A stretch of DNA of 64,000 nucleotides from Fimbriimonadia bacterium (lineage in GTDB: Bacteria > Armatimonadota > Fimbriimonadia > Fimbriimonadales > JABRVX01): NCBI GenBank assembly GCA_041483895.1, contig JBGPGO010000008.1:123195-187194 (forward strand), given 5' to 3'. Position numbers and translations under genes: made by a program. The number at the start of each line of letters is the position of its first letter. Within the stretch, counting starts at the first letter, position 1. Shown here piece by piece: positions 57,505-64,000 of this stretch. The notes under the pieces were generated by a model, which saw nothing but the letters and a program-made list of their open reading frames with translations, had not been told where the DNA came from and did no database searches.

Positions 57505-58308
57505 TTGGAAAAGTGGACCCTCGTGCTGTTTGCCCTCTTCGTCGGCGGACGCATTGCGACCAAGAGCTTCGAAGCGTCGGCGGCTCGTGACATCCAATCG
57601 CGTTTGACGCAGCCCGGTGTCGTCGAGATACGGATCAAGCCGACAAGTTTGTTCAGCTTCTTGGACGGAAAGTTAGACAAAGCCGACTTTACCGGGAGCC
57701 ATTTTGAAACCGTCGGCCTGCCTTTGTTGACCGAAACGGATTACTCGACAGCCGGGGGAATCAAATCGCTCCACTTTCGGTTCCAGGACGTGCAACTGAC
57801 CGGGTTGCGGGTCGCCTCTTTGGAGGCGGATATCCCCGACTGCCGGTACGATCGCACCTATGCGATAACAAAAAAGCGGGTCCGTCTGACGCGCAGCGGG
57901 ATCGGATGGGGACGGGCCGAAGTCACGGCGGAATCACTGGCGGAATTTCTCAGCCACAAATACCAAGCCATGACCGGCATCCGACTGGAGCTAAGAAACG
58001 GCGCATTCGTCTTGACCGGATCCACAACGATTTTGCGGAGTGTGGTCGCGTTCCGGGTGACCGGCCGATTGGAGGCGAAAGACGGGACCAAGCTGGTTGC
58101 CGTCCAGTGCCGCCTGGAAATGAATGGCAAACCCGCGTCCCAGGCCGCAACAGACGATTTCCTGAGAAAGCTAAACCCGGTTTTGGATGAGGATGCCGAT
58201 CTCAAGCTGCTTGACACGATCATTATCCGAAAGCTAACCTTGGAAAACGACCGGCTGATTGTCGAAGGCGACACCAAAATACCGATATCGAAAGGCGATA
58301 AGCCATGA
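57505..58308 (+). CDS. DUF2993/LmeA-like membrane-anchored protein
   Basis: N-terminal anchor and beta-rich body; family call tentative. Confidence 0.6.
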   Translation: MEKWTLVLFALFVGGRIATKSFEASAARDIQSRLTQPGVVEIRIKPTSLFSFLDGKLDKADFTGSHFETVGLPLLTETDYSTAGGIKSLHFRFQDVQLTGLRVASLEADIPDCRYDRTYAITKKRVRLTRSGIGWGRAEVTAESLAEFLSHKYQAMTGIRLELRNGAFVLTGSTTILRSVVAFRVTGRLEAKDGTKLVAVQCRLEMNGKPASQAATDDFLRKLNPVLDEDADLKLLDTIIIRKLTLENDRLIVEGDTKIPISKGDKP

Positions 58309-59372
58309 ACAAGACCCCCCTGCATGACCGCCATGTTGCTTTGCATGGACGGATGGTGGAATTTGCCGGATGGGATATGGCGGTTCAGTACGGCAGCGTG
58401 ATCGAAGAATCCCTGTCGGTTCGCAATCACGCCGGCATGTTCGACGTGAGCCACATGGCGCGTCTGCATTTCCGGTGCGATGCAGCCTTCGACTACCTGC
58501 AACGCTTGACAACGAACGATGTTTCCAAGCTGTCGGACGGAGCCTCCCAATACTCGCTGCTGTGCTACGAGGACGGCGGCTGCGTGGACGACATCATTCT
58601 CTATCGCATCCGGCAGGACTGGTTCCGCATGGTGGTGAATGCCTCTAACCACGAAAAAGACGTCGCATGGCTCAAAAAGTGGATGCCGGACGGGATCGCT
58701 TTCGAGGACGAGACGATCCAAACGGCCATGATCGCCGTCCAGGGCCCGAAGGCCGTTGAATTCGTCGGCGGATTGGCGGACCAAGATGTCGGCGGCATCG
58801 AGCGCTTCACAGCGCGGCCTTTCACGGTGGAGGGCTGCCCAGTCTTCGGCGCGCGAACGGGATACACGGGCGAGGACGGCTTTGAGCTGATCCTATCCGC
58901 CGGGGATGCCGGGACTGTGTGGGACGCACTGCACGAGGCGGGCGTGGCACCCTGCGGCCTGGCGTCGCGCGATGTTCTACGGGTCGAGGCCGGACTGCCG
59001 CTGTATGGCCACGAGCTCAGCAAAGACATCAACCCGATCGAGGCTGGCCTGGGTTGGGTTGTCGGCAAGAACAAGGAGTTTATCGGGAGCGGCCCGATCA
59101 ACGCCATGCGGGCGGAAGGTCCGCCCCGAAAGCTGGTCGGCATCCGAATGTCCAGCAAGATCGTCCCGCGGGAGGGATACCCGATCCTCAAGGGCGGGGA
59201 TCAGGTCGGCACTGTCACGAGCGGAGTGTATTCCCCGATGCTGGAGTGCGGCATCGCATTTGCCTTCATCCACGCCGCCAGAGCCGGCCTCAAGGAGCCG
59301 TGCCATGTAATCATACGGGATCGCGCGCACGAGGCCATGATGGTTTCCAAGCGGTTTCTGGAAGCGGTATGA
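58305..59372 (+). CDS. gcvT: Glycine cleavage system aminomethyltransferase
   Basis: FAGWDMAVQY, FDVSHM, RTGYTGEDGFE, RD.LR.EAG.PLYG. Confidence 0.96.
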   Translation: MNKTPLHDRHVALHGRMVEFAGWDMAVQYGSVIEESLSVRNHAGMFDVSHMARLHFRCDAAFDYLQRLTTNDVSKLSDGASQYSLLCYEDGGCVDDIILYRIRQDWFRMVVNASNHEKDVAWLKKWMPDGIAFEDETIQTAMIAVQGPKAVEFVGGLADQDVGGIERFTARPFTVEGCPVFGARTGYTGEDGFELILSAGDAGTVWDALHEAGVAPCGLASRDVLRVEAGLPLYGHELSKDINPIEAGLGWVVGKNKEFIGSGPINAMRAEGPPRKLVGIRMSSKIVPREGYPILKGGDQVGTVTSGVYSPMLECGIAFAFIHAARAGLKEPCHVIIRDRAHEAMMVSKRFLEAV

Positions 59373-59406
59373 TTAGGAGGAACCTATCGTTGGAGCGTGA
59401 GAAGAG

Positions 59407-59655
59407 TTGCCGTACATTATCACCGAACCCTGCATTGGCGTTAAGGACAAGGGCTGCGTGCCTGTCTGCCCCGTGGACTGCATATATGAGGGGGATGACA
59501 TGCTCTACATCCATCCGGATGAGTGCATCGATTGCGGTCTCTGCGAGCCGGAATGCCCCGTCGATGCGATCTTCCTGGATACCGACACCCCAGCCCAGTG
59601 GCAGAACTATATAGAGCTCAATGCGGTGAAGGCCAAGGAGCTCACCAACAAATAG
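59407..59655 (+). CDS. Dicluster ferredoxin (FdxA-like)
   Basis: C...CVPVCPVDC...CIDCGLCEPECP. Confidence 0.93.
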   Translation: MPYIITEPCIGVKDKGCVPVCPVDCIYEGDDMLYIHPDECIDCGLCEPECPVDAIFLDTDTPAQWQNYIELNAVKAKELTNK

Positions 59656-59658
59656 CGC

Positions 59659-60030
59659 GTGTCTGTCGTAGTTATGGTTGAAATGCAACAGAAGCTTCTC
59701 AGCAGAATCGCGTTGGGCCTCGCGCTTGTCTTTGGCGGGATGATCCTGTTGCGTGCCCTCCGGCTGATCTATCTCCCCGCGTCCATTGCGATCGGGTTTG
59801 GTTGCATTCTTGCGGGCCTATATTTCCTGGTGCTCGCAGCGATCGGCTTCTCCAAGCGAGCGCTTCGCGACCCCTACAGCCTCGAAGCGTTGGAAGAGAT
59901 CGATCGCCGCGATCAGAATCAGCCGATTGAGCATGATGGCAAAGACATGGACGCGATCTATTGTCCGGGCTGCCAAGAGGTCTGGCCGTCCAAATACAAC
60001 TCCTGCCCCAACTGCGGCCGCCGGTTTTAA
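59659..60030 (+). CDS. Two-TM protein with C-terminal zinc ribbon
   Basis: CPGC...CPNC. Confidence 0.7.
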   Translation: MSVVVMVEMQQKLLSRIALGLALVFGGMILLRALRLIYLPASIAIGFGCILAGLYFLVLAAIGFSKRALRDPYSLEALEEIDRRDQNQPIEHDGKDMDAIYCPGCQEVWPSKYNSCPNCGRRF

Positions 60031-60210
60031 TCGAATTTCCCTGTAGCCGGAGGTCCGCAAGCCGATTCCTTTTGAATTGAACAACTCAAGGCCCGCGGTG
60101 GGTTGCCGACTCTCGCGGGCTTTAGGGTATCGAAACGCCGCGCATTCTGGCGATCGAACCCGCGCCTACAGCCAATTCTTTCATTGATGATCGCAACATC
60201 AACCCAACTT

Positions 60211-60678
60211 CTACACAATCGGAACATAGAGGTCCGTTCGCACCTGTTCCTCCGGCGTTGTTCGGCAATCGTCCACGTAGACTTCAAAGAAAGCACCTTC
60301 GGGCCGGCGGAGCTGCTTGCCGCTTTCCGGCAGCCATTTGTCCATCAGATGGTACCAAGCGTCCCCAAGGCCCCGATAATGGCCGACGTGTGTGCCGATA
60401 GCGTAGTTGCCGCCGGCGATTTCGGTGTCGGTCATGCCTTCCGGCGCATTAAAATCCGACCCCACCGTAACACACGCATCGGATCGAAGCTGTTCCGCGG
60501 GCACCTCGTCTGGGTTGTCATGATAGACGCCGATCACCTTGGTCGTCGGTCCAAAAACCCCCGCTGGTCCGGCCCACGAAACCAGCTTGTCGAACGCGAC
60601 TCCAATCTCGTGATACGGCCCTATGTGGCGAATTCCCACAACCCGCATCTTCGGTACGTCTTCAAATCGAATGTCCAC
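60211..60678 (-). CDS. GyrI-like small-molecule-binding protein
   Basis: RHIGPY, YHDNP...LRSDAC, HVGHY..L..AW, FEVY. Confidence 0.9.
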   Translation of the reverse strand: MDIRFEDVPKMRVVGIRHIGPYHEIGVAFDKLVSWAGPAGVFGPTTKVIGVYHDNPDEVPAEQLRSDACVTVGSDFNAPEGMTDTEIAGGNYAIGTHVGHYRGLGDAWYHLMDKWLPESGKQLRRPEGAFFEVYVDDCRTTPEEQVRTDLYVPIV

Positions 60679-60884
60679 TCGAATCCTCCCCAGTAGTGAT
60701 GTCGCCTGCGCATTCGAGCGCGGCTCTGATATCTTCTTCCGTCAGTTCTGGATATGCCTCCAAAATACGCTCAATAGTATAGCAGCCGGCAACCATTCCC
60801 AGAATGTTTCCGCACCATGATTCTGGTGCCTTGGATGACGGGCTTTCTGCTGCATATTGCTGGATCGGTTACTATCCTTGTCAA
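60662..60884 (-). pseudogene. DUF433-type antitoxin with +1 frameshift near 60809
   Basis: TRIVTDPAICSRKPVIQGTRIMVR / NILGMVAGCYTIERILEAYPELTEEDIRAALE. Confidence 0.8.
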
Positions 60885-60954
60885 TTCAGGACTATTTTAC
60901 TCAACCCACGATCCGAACCATATCGATGCGCGAAACCGACTAAACTATGAGAAA

Positions 60955-62133
60955 ATGAAAGTCTCAAAACTGATTTTGGTGACTGTTGTGGTGGCGTCCA
61001 GGGCCGGCGCATGCCTGTGGGACTACGACACCCTGGCGATGGAAGCCAAAGGATTGCCCGACGTCGTCCAAGTGGTTACGGGACGGTTCGATCGCAACCC
61101 GCCGCTCTACTATGAGATGCGCTTGGCACGGGTGGCCGCCGAGCTGAAGACCCAGCCAGAAAAGCTGAACCTGTACGACGACGCGGGCGTCGCCTGCGAC
61201 CGCCTGAGCCGGGACGACGAGGCCATCGCGTGGATGGCAAAAAAGCGCACCCAATTGAGGACGCCGGAAAAGGGCGACGATTGGTACCGCTACTACGCCA
61301 ATCTCGGCACCTTCTACGCCCATCGCTGGTTCCGCTCCGGCGCGGATCGCAAGAAGACGCAGGACTTGAAAAAGGGAATTGATTGCATCGACAACGCCAT
61401 CACAATTAACCCGGAGGCGCATTTTGGCCGCGAGAAGTATCAGCTTGCGGCAATGAAATGGGTACTCATGCCCACGTTGCCCGGTCAGGGGACATGGCCT
61501 AATGATCCATTAGATCTGCCGAATTATATTATGTTGTCAATCCGGGACACATCCGATGCCGTCCAAGGGCTCGCTGGATTGGTCGTCTTAGGAAACGCCT
61601 GGCAAAGTATCGACGTCTTCGAAGCAATGGCGTTTTTTCTCTCCATAGACAAGCAAGACAATGTTCTCGGTCTATTCGTCTTGGAACGAACGAAGGAATT
61701 GCTGCAGCAAGGACAGAAAAACATGTTCGAAGGAGTGTCGAGCAAATTGGACCGCGAGCGGGACTTGATTCTTAGTGAGCCTAAAGGAGAATCTCCCTCC
61801 CATATCGCCGACGAATTCCATCGATTGCGACTTGAAGCGGAAGTGCATCAGAAGGCTCGGCTTGCATACATGATGCCGCGACTTCAATCCGGACGTCATC
61901 CAGATACCGATCCGGAATTCTGGAAGGATTTCAAAGATGCTCCACCACCGATAATTCAGGATCTCGATCGAAAAGCAGTTACGAATTGGGTTGCTTGGGT
62001 CGGGTGGGGATCGCTTGGACTAGCGGCGCTTGCCATCGCTATGCAAATCCGACGACAGCTAGCAATCCGTAAATTCAGAGCATGGGAAATCCCCGCGCCC
62101 GGAGATGGTCCGCAAACCGATCCCGACCAATAA
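60955..62133 (+). CDS. Secreted helical protein with C-terminal TM anchor, function unknown
   Basis: Signal peptide then CLWDYDTL; NPEAHFGREKYQ; TM near the end. Confidence 0.75.
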   Translation: MKVSKLILVTVVVASRAGACLWDYDTLAMEAKGLPDVVQVVTGRFDRNPPLYYEMRLARVAAELKTQPEKLNLYDDAGVACDRLSRDDEAIAWMAKKRTQLRTPEKGDDWYRYYANLGTFYAHRWFRSGADRKKTQDLKKGIDCIDNAITINPEAHFGREKYQLAAMKWVLMPTLPGQGTWPNDPLDLPNYIMLSIRDTSDAVQGLAGLVVLGNAWQSIDVFEAMAFFLSIDKQDNVLGLFVLERTKELLQQGQKNMFEGVSSKLDRERDLILSEPKGESPSHIADEFHRLRLEAEVHQKARLAYMMPRLQSGRHPDTDPEFWKDFKDAPPPIIQDLDRKAVTNWVAWVGWGSLGLAALAIAMQIRRQLAIRKFRAWEIPAPGDGPQTDPDQ

Positions 62134-62145
62134 GCGACCCAAGGG

Positions 62146-62643
62146 TCAGTCTTTGACGTTGACGCCAAATCCCTTCCGCTGCTTCTCGGGGTCGATCCGC
62201 TCGTCTATATACACCTTGCCGTCCTTCTGAATGATCGGACCCATGGCGATTCCCATGAACTCGTGACGGCCGCAACGAACAACAATGAAAGAATCCGTCG
62301 CGTTTGCCGGTGGAACCATATACTCGTAGGAATCGCCCGCGGGTTTTTTGTCAGCCGGGCAGTGCAGCACCTTGGGATCGTTCGCCAAATATTTCGAAGT
62401 CAGATCTTCCAACTTCGCGGGATATTTGCCGCCATGGTCCTTCTTGTAAGATTCCAGAGCGATCGCAATCTGTTTCACCTGCCGCGAACAAGCGTCAAGC
62501 GGCTGGCTCAAATTTCCTACGCCCTTCATCACGTTGCTCAGCCCATAGGCCACCAAGATGCCTCCGATAACGAGCAGCAACAGACATCCTCCGCCAACAA
62601 ACCATCCCCAATGAATTCCGCCCCGACGATTAAAAGCCCTCAT
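62146..62643 (-). CDS. Pilin/pseudopilin-like membrane protein
   Basis: TM helix, C...VKQIAIALESY..DH.GKYP..L..L, LHCP.D. Confidence 0.7.
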   Translation of the reverse strand: MRAFNRRGGIHWGWFVGGGCLLLLVIGGILVAYGLSNVMKGVGNLSQPLDACSRQVKQIAIALESYKKDHGGKYPAKLEDLTSKYLANDPKVLHCPADKKPAGDSYEYMVPPANATDSFIVVRCGRHEFMGIAMGPIIQKDGKVYIDERIDPEKQRKGFGVNVKD

Positions 62644-62653
62644 GCAGTTCCTC

Positions 62654-63727
62654 CTATTTCGTACCCGGGATGAAGCTGGTTTTGTCCGTCACGCTCAGGC
62701 AGAATTCGGCAAACAGCTTCGCGCAATTGTCCACGTCTCCCAGGTTCAGCAGCTCGCACGGTGTGTGCATGTAGCGGATCGGCACGGATACCAATGCGAC
62801 CGCCATGCCGCCGCGGCTGAGCTGCATCGCGTTGGCGTCGGTCCCGGTGCCGCCGCCCGCCACCTCAATCAGATACGGAATCTTGTTCTTTTCGGCTGCA
62901 TCCACCAGCATTTTAACGACTTTTGGATTGTTGTTCGCCCCGCGGCAGATGGCGGGACCCTTGCCGATGGGCAGGTCGCCCACCTTCCTTTTTTCCACGG
63001 TCGGGTAGTCGGTGGCGTGGCCAACATCCACAGCCACCCCCACATCCGCTCCGCTTCCGTAAGCGCTCGTCGTCGCGCCGCGCAACCCGATCTCTTCCTG
63101 CACAGTGGCGACCGCGCAAACGCCCACGGACAACCGTTTTTTCGATGCCCGAATATACCGAAGCGCCTCGGCGACGATAAACGTGCCCATTTTGTTGTCG
63201 AAGCCGCGCGCGATGGCCACATCCCCCATCAGCCGCTGGAATTCGACCTGATAGGTCACGCAATCGCCCAAACGAACAAACTTCTCGACCTGTTTTTTGT
63301 TTTTGGCCCCGGTGTCGATCCACAGGTCCGTCAATTCGGGGGCCTTTTTTCTCTCATCCGGCTCGATCAGGTGGACTGGTTTGCGCCCGATAACGCCGGC
63401 GACCGGGCCTTTGTCGGTGTGGATCCAGACCCGCTGCCCAACCGGAACCATGGGGTCGTGGCCGCCGATCCGGTCGAAGTAGATCAGCCCCTCATCCGTG
63501 ATATACCGGACGATGAAGCCGATCTCGTCCATGTGCCCGGCCAGCATCACCGTTCGCTTGGCGCCGGGATGGATGGTCGCGTGCACGTTGCCCATCACAT
63601 CGGTCTCGATGGTGTCGGCGTATTGGCTCACATATTCCCGGTACACCTTTGCCGCGCGCTCTTCGTAGCCGGAGGGGGATGGGGTATTCACGAGAGTTTC
63701 AAAGAAATCGAGCGATTCGGCTCGCAT
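62654..63727 (-). CDS. M42 family aminopeptidase
   Basis: SPSGYE, AGHMDEIG, FDN, QEEIGLRGA, GTDA, RYMHTP. Confidence 0.95.
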   Translation of the reverse strand: MRAESLDFFETLVNTPSPSGYEERAAKVYREYVSQYADTIETDVMGNVHATIHPGAKRTVMLAGHMDEIGFIVRYITDEGLIYFDRIGGHDPMVPVGQRVWIHTDKGPVAGVIGRKPVHLIEPDERKKAPELTDLWIDTGAKNKKQVEKFVRLGDCVTYQVEFQRLMGDVAIARGFDNKMGTFIVAEALRYIRASKKRLSVGVCAVATVQEEIGLRGATTSAYGSGADVGVAVDVGHATDYPTVEKRKVGDLPIGKGPAICRGANNNPKVVKMLVDAAEKNKIPYLIEVAGGGTGTDANAMQLSRGGMAVALVSVPIRYMHTPCELLNLGDVDNCAKLFAEFCLSVTDKTSFIPGTK

Positions 63728-63859
63728 GGATGTTCACCTCGGTTCGCAACCCGGCGCGCCTCGCGCCGGTCAATTGATGGCCGGTAGCTTACCAGATTCT
63801 AACATCGGACTCCCTCCCCCGCTTGCGTGGAACCGACACAAGGACCCCCTCCCCCGCTT

Positions 63860-64000
63860 TGTTCAGACTGGATAGATCGTTGACACATGTTCGGAGACAT
63901 CGTTGACACAATGGAGGTATGCCATGGAGGAAATCGACGGTGGAACTGCAACGAGAAGAATTGGTTAGGTTGATGCGGCAGGTTGGTGCCAACAGGGCCG
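63860..64000 (+). mobile_element. Left end of an IS481-family insertion sequence with start of transposase (ATG 63919)
   Basis: TGT terminus, subterminal ATCGTTGACACA repeats (63876, 63899), GGAGG SD, MPWRKSTVELQREELVRLMRQVGANRA. Confidence 0.72.

Overview
GC-rich bacterial chromosome segment. PEP-CTERM proteins, an H-X9-DG-type prepilin-like protein and several secreted proteins ending in a dockerin/EF-hand-like module suggest Armatimonadota or a similar lineage (inference). Housekeeping blocks are tRNA-Cys-scpA-scpB-DD-carboxypeptidase-rluB-lnt, nadK, ispG, pyrG, rodA-biotin ligase, gcvT, two ECF sigma/anti-sigma pairs and several peptidases. They alternate with accessory surface-protein loci: a five-gene PEP-CTERM paralog array, a PEP-CTERM/prepilin/dockerin-like cassette, three internally duplicated secreted paralogs, and beta-propeller and RCC1 proteins. 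Signals the ORF track misses: (1) six copies of a 58-59 bp palindromic element with covarying stems, two inserted in frame in a membrane glycosyltransferase; (2) apparently non-canonical start codons (ATT for scpA, ATA for the prepilin gene, possibly CTG for scpB); (3) one TTTGA-N4-TCAAA dyad shared by the FTR1 iron permease and the PEP-CTERM/prepilin cassette; (4) a 58-aa SxxxEG Fic-antitoxin-like ORF convergent on a frameshifted fic gene; (5) a displaced duplicate 3' end of a nucleotidyltransferase gene, REP-like hairpins, toxin-antitoxin relics and the left end of an IS481-like element. No CRISPR array, rRNA or prophage was seen. All family calls come from motifs read by eye, not from database searches.
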